In this document: piece after piece, positions 12,101-24,800 of the stretch
Position numbering within the stretch: position 1 is the stretch's first letter
Layout of the letters: the number at the start of each line of letters is the position of its first letter
Origin: Ostrea edulis
Lineage: Eukaryota
DNA: 64,000 nt
Direction: 5' to 3'
NCBI RefSeq assembly: GCF_947568905.1
Contig: NC_079164.1
Location: 92,008,001-92,072,000 of the forward strand
Translations under genes and position numbers: made by a program
Notes under the pieces: generated by a model
Told to the model about the DNA's origin: nothing
Seen by the model: only the letters and a program-made list of their open reading frames with translations
The model's database searches: none

Positions 12101-13559
12101 CAGTGGGATCCGGTAAAAATAGGTCATCGGTTGCCTTTGCGTGTTATAAGAGGCGACTAAATGGGGCGGGCCTTCGGATGAGACCTCAAAAACCGAGGTC
12201 CCTCGGCACGACAGGTGTGGCACGATAAAGATTTCTCCCAGCTCAAAAGCCTTGGTGACGTCTTTATATGAGTGAAAATATTAGATAATATATATACAAT
12301 CAACCAACCAATGAATTGAATTGTAGTGCGTATCAATTCAATTAATGCGCGCAATAATTGAATTATTGCTCTCTTCAATTAAATTAATGATTTCATTTTC
12401 ACATTCCAATATTTCAAATAATTTAATTGTTCAGGCGTTTCGTTATGCAACTTATGGTAAATATACATACATTAAAAGTAATTGACGAATTATAACTCTA
12501 TTTGAGAGTGATTTTATTTTTGTGTTTCCTATCCACCCATTCGTAGGCACTATATTCTCGTCTTGTTCATCCATCTGTGTCCTTCAAGCGATGAAGCTAG
12601 GGAGCAGGTGGCCTGATAAGAACACTCTTCCAAATAAATTTTACGGACACTAGTATTTTGAATTTCATTTCAAACAAGCAATTAAAGCGCAGATTAGTAC
12701 AATAAGAAGTGCCCCCTTGGAATTACTCCACACGGACAATTTTTCGATCGTATGACCTTTATGAATATTGCAACTAACTATAATCGTACGAGTATCGTAA
12801 GTTAAATTTTTACTAGTATATTTAAGCTATGTAAACAAAAAACATGGCACGAGCCTTAAAATTGTTTACACAACAAAAAATTGTGAACTCCAAGCATTCT
12901 AGACATTAAAAATGGAAAATAAAATTTGAAAATTTTCGGCTCAAATCGTTTCCATGCCCTTTAAAGATGTATAGCCTCATTCGAGATTCGTTCAATTACA
13001 GGGAAAAAGTAAACAAGATGACGGAACCACAACTCGTCGAAGTCGAACCATGTCCACAAGTTCCCAGTCTAAGAAATCTGAACCCGCCCAGGGTCGTCCT
13101 GGTATCACATTCTTCCGAATTGTTGCCGCCACACGCGCATGGCAACGTTTGGCTAAGAAAAAGAGCAGTCAACCACCGGCACCTAACAAACCTTTAGTTC
13201 AACTGGAAAACACGTACCAACTGGAGCCTGATTATAACACAGTGTTTGTTCCAAAAAAGGCGGAAAATATCATCCAGGAAACATTTAATTCTAGGCTACA
13301 ACAAGTAAAGTATGATTCTGTTCGAAGCAAGATTCTTGCTAAAGATTTGGCAACAATCATAAATAGGAAGATGAAGGACTTGGACATTCCTCGGTACAAG
13401 ACAGTAAGCTCTGTGACAATCGTTGAGAATAAGGGCCAAGGACTGAAAGTTGCCACGCGGTGCGTCTGGAATACTACCACGGACAATTACGCCACCTATT
13501 CGTATACTAACCAATCACTGATAGCGATCGGTCACGTGCATGCCGTATATTATGAATGA
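9190..13559 (+). CDS. Tctex1-domain dynein light chain (TCTEX1D1/DYNLT-like), 231 aa, two coding exons
   Basis: Exon 9190-9327 (MEASEK...PAE|gtaata) joins in phase 0 to exon 13002-13559. The C-terminus has ENTYQLEP, RYK..SSVTIVE..GQGLKVATRCVWN..TDNYATYSYTN.SLIAIGHVHAVYYE, the Tctex-1 fold. Exact paralog is uncertain. Confidence 0.88.
10232..10341. mobile_element. 110-bp zero-spacer foldback element with 9-bp TSD
   Basis: 55-bp arms with 3 mismatches, centred at 10286/10287; direct repeat AGATAGCAC at 10223-10231 and 10342-10350. Confidence 0.8.
10775..11190. repeat. AG-rich repeat built from reiterated GAGATATCTC palindromes
   Basis: More than ten imperfect AAAGAGATATCTCT units plus (AG)n; ends in AAAGGACTTGCCATAG. 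Family not identified. Confidence 0.55.
12105..12311 (+). mobile_element. 5'-truncated bivalve SINE body and tail (V-domain-like)
   Basis: GAGGCGACTAAATGGGGCGG...GGTGTGGCACGATAAAGAT body; 3' end TTGGTGACGTCT..TATGAGTGAAAA shared with the SINE at 29517; (CAAC)n tail. Confidence 0.7.
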
Positions 13560-15528
13560 AAAGATTATTTCTCCCTGAATTTTAAAAGATATTTTAATTA
13601 CATGTATATAATTACATTATTTGAAAACATGAATATAAATTTTTTGTCTCATAAAATTGGAGCGAATATAAAGTTTTGTGTTTTTTCTTAGAATTACGCT
13701 GCATTTTGTACACTAAATGTGGTTTGTTCTAAAAGCTACATTGTATGAAACAACAAAAACCAATCACACTTGCATAAAACCAAAAGAATGGACTATAGAA
13801 AGGCCGCTAAGGAATAGCTTAATTAAAATCACGTTCTTGTAGTCTAGTTTAATACTATTTCATCCTACATTGATAGGTTTGGTGTTGCCTTTAATCATTG
13901 TCAGATTATGTAGTTTCCCTATTGGCGAAGAACAACACACCATTAAGAGATTTTATATCGAGAGGAGGGTATTTCGATTTAAAGCTTTAATTGAATTCTT
14001 TTTGTAGGTCAAGCTTCGATGCGAACTAGACGATTTTATATCATTGGAAGGTTTTATTTATCGTTTGATAGTCGTCTCTCTTTCGTTGGTAGATTTATAT
14101 GCATGTAGTTCTGTAAAAGAATGAAGTGTGTTCACAGACAACTGTAAAATCTGTGCGGGAGAATCATATAATGGATATTGATTCCTGTGGTTGTATTGAC
14201 GGATCGTCGTATGGTATGGCGCAGTGCGTCTCTCAGCACTTTGTGGGTAAGACAAAAACGGTACTTAGAAGGACCATCAACCCTTGTACATATATTTCCA
14301 ATGCTTAAAGAAAGAAATTATGAAGCACACACACACATTAGGGGAAAATGGAGTGAATGGAAATGTCAGATGTCCATTGTTTACAATACATTTTCAGTGG
14401 TGGATCTAGGAGATTACAAAGAATTTCAAATTTTTTCTCGATATCGTTATAAAATAATTTTTTAAAATAGAAAATCTTTAAAAACCTAACTGATCAAGAA
14501 CACGTATGGGAAGTGGAAGCGGGTTATGTTTATGTAACGTATTTCTGGAATACAGATTGGAAACATTGGGCCTTTGTAGCAAACTATGTTTCCAAGACTA
14601 AAAATATTGCAGCAAGCCTTTTATTCTCAAATATCTATATGTATAAACCAAGATCAATCCACATTCAATTAAAGTTTGATCTCAACGTGTGTGTGCGGTC
14701 GTGGGTTGAGTGTAGTCACTAGTAAGAAGTTTCAGTAATTGCGTTTCAAATAAGAGTACAATTCAGATAACGTTTTATCTTTTCTGTTTCCATAGTACGA
14801 TAAAATTTCAAGAGAATATATTAGGAAAGAGTAAAATGGGGGTGGGGGTCATGATGATGGAGAACGTGTTAATCTTGTCTTAGTCGATGCAGGTTTAAAA
14901 CTTGAGTAATATATGTGTATTGTTTTACCAGAAAGAAACTGGTGTAGAGGTGGTGAAGTACTCTATTTACTTAGAACAAAATTTCTTGTAAGAACGGACA
15001 TTTTGTCTGGTTTAGTCATAGATTAAGGACATATGGAACTAACAATCCTACAAAATTTGAACTAAATCTGTTGAGCGATTTCGGAGGAGTTGCGTTCAGT
15101 GTTCCTATATTGTAGCATGTAAACATACTTAAGAGGAATTCTGTACATAAAGGGAAGCAGCTGCACACAGTTGGGGGTTAGGGGACTGGAAACTTCGCCT
15201 TTCTCAAAAATGAACATGGCAAATTTTAAGAAGAAATAACGAATAAACTGATACTTTAATGGATTATGAAATATATTTCATATAACCACACGTTATCAGT
15301 CCTTTTCTTTACTCTCCGTGTGATTGCATTAAACAAAGTCCCATAACTCCTGTAAAAATGGCAGCACAGTATATGATCAAATACATACTAGTGACTAACA
15401 ATCCTACAAAATCTTATGAGCTATTTCAGAGGAGATGCGCCCACAAAGTCAACTGGGACGGACACTGGTATGTCTACGTCCCCTTTAGTGCAGCGGCGGG
15501 AGACAAAAATGCAGAGACAACTAGTAAA

Positions 15529-15850
15529 CAGGGCCGTAAATTAACCTTCAATTTGGAGGAGGCAGGAAATTAGGCGGGGGTCTGGGGGCCGCCCAGGCCC
15601 CCAGACGCTGAGCACATTTTGTGCACACTGAACACGTTTCGTGCAAAATCCTTGATTCTAGGGCCTTCTAAGATGTTACTTGACTAACTCATTCTAAAAG
15701 AAAGATTTGGAATGCTTTTTAAGGGAGGTATCATGTTCTTAGTTATTGGAAACAACATAAATTCTAATGAACTTTAAATTTTAATTTTTTTTGGCTCAAA
15801 AGTTGGAGGAGGCAGCTGCCTCCTCCGCCTCCATGTAATTTACGGCCCTG
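15529..15850. mobile_element. MITE with 15-bp TIR and 5-bp TSD
   Basis: CAGGGCCGTAAATTA...TAATTTACGGCCCTG, flanked by GTAAA at 15524-15528 and 15851-15855. Confidence 0.85.
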
Positions 15851-15905
15851 GTAAATTGTATTCATGTCCTGGTTACATAACAATCTGAAAATCCGACATC
15901 ACCGT

Positions 15906-16156
15906 TGGCTGCAGATCTGTAGCTCTCTGTAAAAATATTGAGACAGATCCGGTCTGGAGGTTATAAAGCACAGACCCGGTCTGAAAGTTATAAAGCACAG
16001 ACCCGGTCTGGTGGTTATAAAGCACAGACTCGGTCTGGAGGTCATAAAGCACAGACCTGGTATGGAGGTTATAAAGCACAGAACCGGTCTGGAGGTTATA
16101 AAGCACAGACCTGGTCTGTCCAAATATTTTTCCAGAGAGCTACAGATCCGCAGCGA
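15906..16156. mobile_element. Academ-like TIR element carrying a 30-bp minisatellite
   Basis: Termini TGGCTGCAGATCTGTAGCTCTCTG...CAGAGAGCTACAGATCCGCAGCGA match the 24673 element; internal (CAGACCCGGTCTGGAGGTTATAAAGCA..)x~6. TSD not clear. Confidence 0.7.
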
Positions 16157-16483
16157 CATCGCCCTAGAAAAATGCATTCCAGTGCAGATTACCTGTTACG
16201 TCGGCCTTGTTAAGATTGTCAGCCTTGAAAAAGAGAAAGTTTGAAAAATTTCCTTGAAACTGGAGCAAATGATCCATCTGGAGATGGTTTGTAAATTTGG
16301 CTCCGATCAAATACTTTTGACCCCCCCCCCCCATGTTGACCCCGTTTCGTTAGATGTATGTGCGTTAGTCTGTCCGTCTCCATTCGAGGTTTTCTGTTAA
16401 TTGCTATTTTCATTTCTCTGTCACCTATCAAGCTGAAACTTGCAATGTAACTCCTTTTTGGGTCACTTTAGATCATGTTGTAA

Positions 16484-17065
16484 TTATACCCCCGCAACAA
16501 GTTGTGGGGGGGGGGGGGGTATACTGGAATCGGGTTGTCCGTCTGTGGACGCAATGGTTTCCGGGCTCTAAAGCATTATCCTTTCCACCTACAGTCACCA
16601 TATCATATATATGGACTACCATGGGATGAAGATGTTCCCTATCGATTTTGAGGTCCAAAGGTCAAGCGCACTGGACATCGAAGTAGCAATATGGTTTCCG
16701 GGCTCTAAAGCGTTATCCTTTCCACCTACAGTGTACAGTCACCATATCATACATACGGACTACCCATGGGATGAAGATGTTCCCTATCGATTTTGGGGTC
16801 AAAAGGTCAAAGGTCACGCGCACTGGACATCGAAGTAGCAATATGGTTTCCATTTAAATTCTTTAACGGCTTTTTTCATCGCATGGAGATGCTGTGTTCC
16901 TAGATAATCCATTTCTCCCTACAAACGAGAATACCCAAGGTTTGTCATACCATTTGTTTTTTACACTCAGAAAAGAGGTAGTTTATACCTATTACCAACA
17001 CCCTTTGGGAGATTGGGGTAAACGGGGGGTATTCTTAGTGAGCATTGCTCACAGTACCTCTTGTT
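16484..17065 (+). mobile_element. Helentron non-autonomous element (HINE) with two internal ~130-bp repeats
   Basis: 5' TATACCCCCGCAACAAGTTG..GGGGTATAC hairpin followed by GTCCGTCTGT; 3' GGGGGTATTCTTAGTGAGCATTGCTCACAG palindrome. Confidence 0.75.
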
Positions 17066-17939
17066 TTGATCTATTTCGACTTTTGCAGGAGTTTTGTCCC
17101 TTTATTTGAACGAGAATACATGTACATAACTTCTCCGGCTAACTCTTCTTACAGTTTTCAAGTGAAGATCTTATTATATAGAGTGTTTGTATGGATATTG
17201 AAGATGTGCATGTGGAAAGATTTTGATATTCTTGGATTTTTTTTTTTTTTTTTAATAAAAGTTCATGTTGTTGAACCTAGTTTTGAGGAAATGTAATAAA
17301 TTGAGTACATGGAACACACTGAAAAAGACTTGAATTTAACCCCTTTCAAATTTTATTACTTTATTTTGACAGCCACCTTAGGGAAAAGATTTTTTGACCC
17401 TATCCAATGAGTTTCTAACCCCCACCCTCAAAATAACATTGAAAAAGATATAACAATTTACCCCAAACATAGCCAAATCGAACTTGCTTTTAATCGAACT
17501 GATATTTTGAAGATAGCTGAACTTGAATTTAGTTCTACACCAGGTATAATATACATTTATGTATCACATCAAATTTTAAAGTGAACGAGTCCGATGCAAA
17601 CCTTTGGGGTCAATTTATATAAAGTGAAAGTTCGTGCATGTACCTGTATCCTACGGAATAATGTTGAACCCGAAGAGATACAATATATAGCCCCAAACTG
17701 AGCCCTATGTGATACTTTTTAGGGTTCTATTTGTTCGATTACATTGCTCCCTATATATCTCGTTTCATTTGATCACCCTATATTCAATCATTAGAGAAGG
17801 TCTGAAAAGTAGCCCCACCCTCGGGGCTCCCCAGATGATACCCCCAACAGCCCCAAAAGGAGGACAAAAAAATGATAGTCCTAGGGATCCCCTACCTTGT
17901 TTGCATATTCCTATTGTGGACTCTTCAATGATTAAGTTG

Positions 17940-18335
17940 TTATTAGTCCCCTACCGACGAAGACGAAGGGGACTTTAGGTTTGCGCTCCGTCCGTCTGTC
18001 CAGTTTTCCACATTTTTTTCCTCTGTTCTTGTAGATATTCATTTTATATTAGTTGCTTTGTAACTTGTGTCATAACAAGTTACAGATCAAGTTTGAATTT
18101 CGTCTCGGTCCGTTGATTTTTCACTCAGTTATGGCCCTTGGACTTAGAAAAATTGCATGAATTATCAGTTTTCCGGACTTTTTTTTTGGTTGTGCTTGCA
18201 GATATTCACTTGATATTTGGTTCATTGCTCTGCCATAACAAGTTACAGATCAAGTTCGAATTTTATCTCGGTCCGTTGATTTTCCATTAAGTTATGGCCC
18301 TTTGACTTAGAAAAATAGCATGAATTGTTAGTTTA
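17940..18335 (+). mobile_element. 3'-truncated HINE-like element with two ~165-bp repeats
   Basis: 5' AGTCCCCTACCG..GAAGGGGACT hairpin and CGTCCGTCTGTC; tandem CAAGTTACAGATCAAGTT.GAATTT units. Confidence 0.6.
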
Positions 18336-19140
18336 CATCCAAGTTTCTTACCTCTGTATAATACACTCATTAAAACTTCTAGTATAGTAATACAACAATA
18401 TAGCTAAATTATTAATGATCACCTACATGTCATAGTTTATTGACTTGGTTAAAGACCTAAACCTAATTATAAATTTGTCTTTTTTCTTTGTCTAGTCTCT
18501 ACTCGAATAGTAGTTGATTTCCAACCATTCCTATCCTGGTTCCCCAATTTTCCCTTTGACCATAACCTACATAATGAACTTTGAATATTGTTGTGGTACA
18601 GTAATTTTTGCAACCGGTAGGGGACTATGTATTGCCATGCAATACTCTCAGAATGCTTGTTTACCTCCATTATGACCCTATGTGATGTAAAATTAAGAAC
18701 TTTCAGATGAGTTCAATACTCCTTATAAGCTGCTTAACTTGTTGTTTATCTCATGATCAGTGTTATGTCATTCGATCACTCCATATTCTATCATTAGGGA
18801 GATCTGAAAAGTGTCACCTCCTGTTTCATTTGTCAAATGCATGAATAAAATTGTCTTTCCAAGAGCGATTACAAAATCTGGCATTTTAAATGTAAAATCC
18901 ACTTAGTATTTTCCAGTAACCCATAATGCAATTCAACTCATTCAGCTTATTGGTCGGATAGCATGTCACGTGGGTACTTCTTATATGGTAGCGTCCAACA
19001 TCGGAAAAAAAAAAAACATTCAATGATAACTAAATATGCAACATTTTCTTATATTGGTTCATAATTGTAACTTAGTTATATAAATTAAAAAAAAGGTAAG
19101 CATTTAATTCGTTTAAACATTACATAATGCACTTAATACG

Positions 19141-21771
19141 TCAGTCACTATGCTCATGTGTACTGTCTCTTCGGAAAAGTCCTCCTATTGAATAATAGAA
19201 CGCCACCAATTTACTTTTGACACTTTGAAAAAGCCATGACATCAGGGATTGTAGACTAGTAAAGTAGCCCGACGAAGCATTCGTTATCTGAGGAACATGT
19301 TCATCTCCAAGAGTCTGTTCATCATCCTTCAAAGTCCATTCTCTATCTGAAATATAAGTGTTCATTTGTAGGTAATCCAAAACTACCAGCAAAACAAAAA
19401 AACATGTTTATTGCGGTGCTTAGGGTAGGGATCTGTGGTAAGAACTCCCTAACACTTAGGGTAGGGGTCTATAATAAGAGATTTAGGGTAGGAATCTGTA
19501 ATAAGAGCTCCCTGACACTTAGGGTAGGGATCTGTAATAAGAGCCCCCTGACACTTAGGGTAGGGATCTGTAATAGGAACTCCCTGACACTTAGGGTAGG
19601 GATCTGTAATAAGAGCTCCCTGACACTTAGGGTAGGGATCTGTAATAAGAGCCCCCTGACACTTAGGGTAGGGATCTGTAATAAGAGCCCCTTGACACTT
19701 AGGGTAGGGGGATCTGTAATAAGACCCCCCTGACACTTAGGGTAGGGATCTGTAATAAGAGACCCCTGACACTTAGGGTAGGGATCTGTAATAAGAGACC
19801 CCCTGACACTTAGGGTAGGGATCTGTAATAAGAGCCCCCTGACACTTAGGGTAGGGATCTGTAATAAGAGACCCCCTGACACTTAGGGTAGGGATCTGTA
19901 ATAAGAGCCCCGACACTTAGGGTAGGGATCTGTAATAAGAGCCCCCTGACACTTAGGGTAGGGATCTGTAATAAGAGCCCCCTGACACTTAGGGTAGGGA
20001 TCTGTAATAAGAGCCCCCTGACACTTAGGGTAGGGATCTGTAATAAGAGCCCCCTGACACTTAGGGTAGGGATCTGTAATAAGAGCTCCCTGACACTTAG
20101 GGTAGGGATCTGTAATAAGAGCTCCCCGACACTTAGGGTAGGGATCTGTAATAAGAGCTCCCTGACACTTAGGGTAGGGATCTGTAATAATAGCCCCCTG
20201 ATACTTAGGGTAGGGATCTGTAATAAGAGACTTAGGGTAGGGATCTGTAATAAGAGACTTAGGGTAGGGATCTGTAATAAGAGCTTCCTGACACTTAGTG
20301 TAGGGATCTGTAATAAGAACTCCCTGACATTTAGGGTAGGGATCTGTAATAAGAGCCCCCTGACACTTAGGGTAGGGATCTGTAATAAGACCCCCCTGAC
20401 ACTTAGGGTAGGGATCTGTAATAAGAGCTCCCCGACACTTAGGGTAGGGATCTGTAATAAGAGCTCCCTGACACTTAGGGTAGGGATCTGTAATAATAGC
20501 CCCCTGACACTTAGGATAAGGATCTGTAATAAGAGACTTAGGGTAGGGATCTGTAATAAGAGACCCCCTGACACTTAGGGTAGGGATCTGTAATAAGAGC
20601 CCCCTGACACTTAGGGTAGGGATCTGTAATAAGAGCCCCCTGACACTTAGGGTAGGGATCTGTAATAAGAGCTCCCTGAAACTCTGTCCTTTTTTCCCTA
20701 CAGAAATACAGTTCTGCAGCTAAACATTTGTCATGCAGCATAAAAGTCAAGAAATTATTGGATATATATAAATATATATATATATAAAAACCTGGAAATT
20801 CTGAGATGATTTGATACTTTGCGTTGCAATTCCATGGGGCATAATATTTGCAGTCGTGTCCTTCGAGTTCCGTACCCCTATTTTCACATTCCTCCCACCG
20901 GAACGCGGTGCGAGTTTCTTGCCAAACGACAACCCATTTCCACTCAAACTTGACATTAGCAGGTAGTTTCACTGCAATGATCCATTTTCCAGAGTTTTCT
21001 GGAATTTCATCTGTAGAATACAAAGATAATTGGTAAAGGATTAACAAAATCGCTGTTGTTACAACAGTACTACAGATACAGGATGAGTATGAGGGATCCC
21101 CCACCCCAACCCCGAAACGAAAAACTTGTTTCTCCAGGCAGCGAAGCCGCCAAGGAAAAGAGCTTTTTTTGCCGAGAGGAGCCATAAAACTATTTCCCAA
21201 ACCAACCTTTCTGTAACTATTTTATTTCGCCGCAACAACCTAAAGAGATTATTTATCACACGTTATTTCAAGATTCTAAAATTGGCCAAATCATTCACAG
21301 TTAAATATTCATAGTCTATCACTCAAGTTCCAAGAGGATTTTTCACCATCTTATTGACTGCTTTTGAAACGAATTAGGTATTATATCTCTGTGATATATA
21401 TATATAAGATTTTGGATCAGCTCTTTGGACGAATAAAGCATGTCTTAATTCACTCCACTTTAAACAATGATTGGCAAGCCTAAAGACCAACAAATAAAAA
21501 TAAAACAACATGTAGTCTGTGTTGTAAATACGTTTGTAGAATAGTGTAGTTGTAGTGCTAGATGTATTTATATGTAGTTTTTGTTATTATTCTCTGTTGA
21601 TATTGGCCACATTATGTAATTCTTTTCGTTTGTCCTGAGGAAAAATTTAATAATCTGGTTGTTCGTGTCGTTGGTCATTTTAGTGCTTTGTATAATTTTT
21701 TGTATTTAACCTTGTATCCATGTTGTGGATCCGACATTTTTAGGTATCGGGTGTTGTTGGAACTTAGTGTT

Positions 21772-21827
<56 letters not shown>

Positions 21828-24800
21828 GTATGTATTCCTTTTTTGAGCTAAAGTTGTGAATCTGGAAGTGGGTTGAAAGCTACCGATACATTGACCAATC
21901 AAATAGCTACATTTTAGTCAATGTTATTGCTCAGTCACTACTCAATCAGATCGAATCTGTAGGGTATAAATACTGGGAAACCAAGTCTTCAACAAATATC
22001 AAATTATACACACATACTTTTAAACTTTATCAAGTAATGCTTTATACAATAACACATCAGTGCTAAAGGCCAACTACCTCTTAAAGACAGTGGTCTAACG
22101 CGTCTTCCGTGGCTTTCTCATAAAGTCATGGACGTCCGAGCTTGATCAACTCCACATTAAACACTTTCAACCATAAACACAACTATCCTGCTTTCGGCCA
22201 ATAAATAAGGAAGTTTAGGCGGCTATCTAAATTATTTAGACAAATTGAAGCAAGAGCTGGTGGGTTTCTGCACTGGATCCGGTGCTCCACTCCGGACTTC
22301 CTTTGCAGCATCCTCAACACAGTCTTCAAGAAGACCGTCTCCCCGATTTTACTGAGGGAGATCCGAGGGTCGATCGGTTACAGATGAAGAATAGCAAGCT
22401 ATCTTCAACAAGCCCTTCCCCAGACTATACTGTGGAGATCCGTGGGCGATCGACTCGAGGAAGAGGAGATGGACCCATCCACTACCTTCTGGAGGACCTA
22501 TCTATCCCCGGATCTTCAAGAGTACCTGTCCCCGTTCCCAGGGGATCCGAAGGTCGACCACCATCGTCGCCTCGCCGCAACAAACCAAGTGTAGCAGGGC
22601 CCCTACTGGGAAGTCTGTACTATAAATCTACACCATCGTCGTCGGCAACACAAAACATCGGTGCTAGAGGCCAACTTCCTCTCAAAGGCTGGTATAGCGC
22701 GTCTTCCGTTCTCTCATAAAGTCATGGACGTGCGAGCTTAGTCAACTAAACACTTTCGGCCATAAATACATTTGCACACACAACTATCCTTCTGCTTTAG
22801 GCCAATAAAAAGAAAGTTTAGGCAACTATCTAAATTATTTAGACAAATTGAAGCAAGAGCTGGTGGGTTTCTGCACTGGATCTGGTGCTCCACTCCGGAC
22901 CTCCTATGCAGCATCCTCAACAGTCTTCAAGAAGACCGTCTCTCCAATTTTACTGAGGGAGATCCGAGGGTCGATCGGCCACAGATGAAGAATAGCAAGC
23001 TTTCTTACAGAAGCCCTTCTCCCGATCATACTGTGGGGATCCGTGGGCGATCAACTCGAGGAAGAAGAGATGGACACATCCACTACTTCCCAGTCTGCAC
23101 TTTATATCTTCATTGTCGTTAGACATCGTCAGTCTACACACATCGTAACCGAGAAAACATCGATCAGAGCAGAAAGCTTAACAACGGTCAGGTATAGACG
23201 TGGCTGAATAAGTCTTTCACATACAAAGTCTGACAGTAATGATATATTATTTTATTATATACTTTACATAGGAATGAGACATTGTTAACCATTGGGAGGC
23301 CCCAGCTTTGTTTTCTTTCATCACCCAATATTCACTCATTGGAGGGGACTGGAAAGTGGCTCCGCCCTTGGGAGGTCCCAGGTGGTACCTCTACAGCCCA
23401 AACTGACGGAGGAAAATAATACCGGTGTATAGGGTTCCCTTTCCATGTCTGCATACTCGTTTTGTGGACTCTTCAAAGGTTAAGTTGTTATTAGCCTTCA
23501 TTATGTCCCCTACATGATGTAAAATCATGAATTTTCAGGTGAGCTCAATTGCCCATAAAGGCCTCTGTGACCCCTTGTAGGGGTTTTATATCTTTGATGT
23601 CATTGTTCTCTAGCCCTTTATCAGTGTTTTATTCCAACGTCCTATAGTCAACTATTAGAGAGGCCTGAAAAGTGGTCCCACCCTTGGAAGGTCCCAGGTG
23701 GTACCCCTACAGCCCCAAAATTAGGACGGAAAATCCTAGGGTCCACTTCCTAACCTGTATACTCCTTTTGTGGACTCTTCAAACATTAATTTGTTATTAA
23801 AGGGACTGGTTCACGTGTTTCGAAACAAATGTTTTTCACGTTTGATATTAAAAATTAAAAATATAACTCATTTAATGTTAACAACAAAAATTTGGACTGT
23901 CTGAATGCAAGGATAAGAACAATATTACTTTGATTCTGTGTTATGTAAACAAAGACTCGAGTCTTTTTTTATGTAAACAAACAAAGCAGTGAAACGTTAA
24001 TTTTGTAATTTAAAGCATCTTCATTTTGTACAATCACAAATTTTAACTTTTAAATGACACATTTTACCTAAAGTATACTTGAGATGTGATATATATAATA
24101 AACTCGGATCAATATCCTTTTATTTTGAAAACCCCGTAAACAATAACACACCTCAATCTTTGTTTTCTAAACAAATAATAAACTCTCTTCTTTTGTGGTG
24201 AATAACCTTAATTTATTTTTTTAGAAACCTTCTAAACATATTAGACTATATATTTTGATCATTTACAGTGAAAAACAAAATTGTGGAGGGGGGATCGTGA
24301 ATCAGTCCCTTTAACATTCATTACCCCCCCCCCCCCCCCCCCCCCCCCCCCCGTGATGTAACGTTAGGAACTTTCAGATAAGATCAATTGCCTTCAAATA
24401 TGAAACTTGATACTCAGTAATTAAGAATATGTTTATTAATTGTTTGAAAAATTATCAATTTTGAATAATTGTGAGTTACTTTTCAATATTCCGTCTAAGT
24501 ACTCTCAGTACTTTGATAAAAGGCGAAGATAACGAACAGTGATCAATCTCATAATTCCTATATGAAATACAAAATAGATAGTTGGGCAAACACGGACCCC
24601 TGGATACACCAGAGGTGGGATCAGGTGTCTAGGAGGAGTAAGCAGCCCCTGTCGACCGGTCACACCAGCCGTTAGCTGCAGAACTGTAGCTCTCTGAAAA
24701 AATATTTTGACATAACATCTCTGTTATGTCAAAATATTTTTTCAGAGAGCTACAGTTCTGCAGCTACCGTGAGTCCTGATCAGGTAAACGGAGTTATCCG

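Noticed and set aside
15873-16244. Four overlapping ORFs
   Set aside because: Artefacts of the 30-bp tandem repeat.
19404-20680. Long ORFs (109-242 aa) and a CRISPR-like look of 36-bp repeats
   Set aside because: The ORFs are translations of a 36-bp (multiple of three) satellite. The repeats are contiguous with no unique spacers, there are no cas genes, and the context is eukaryotic.
22385-22387. TGA shared by both duplicate copies as a selenocysteine codon
   Set aside because: No protein family is recognised, no SECIS is seen, and the true reading frame is unknown.
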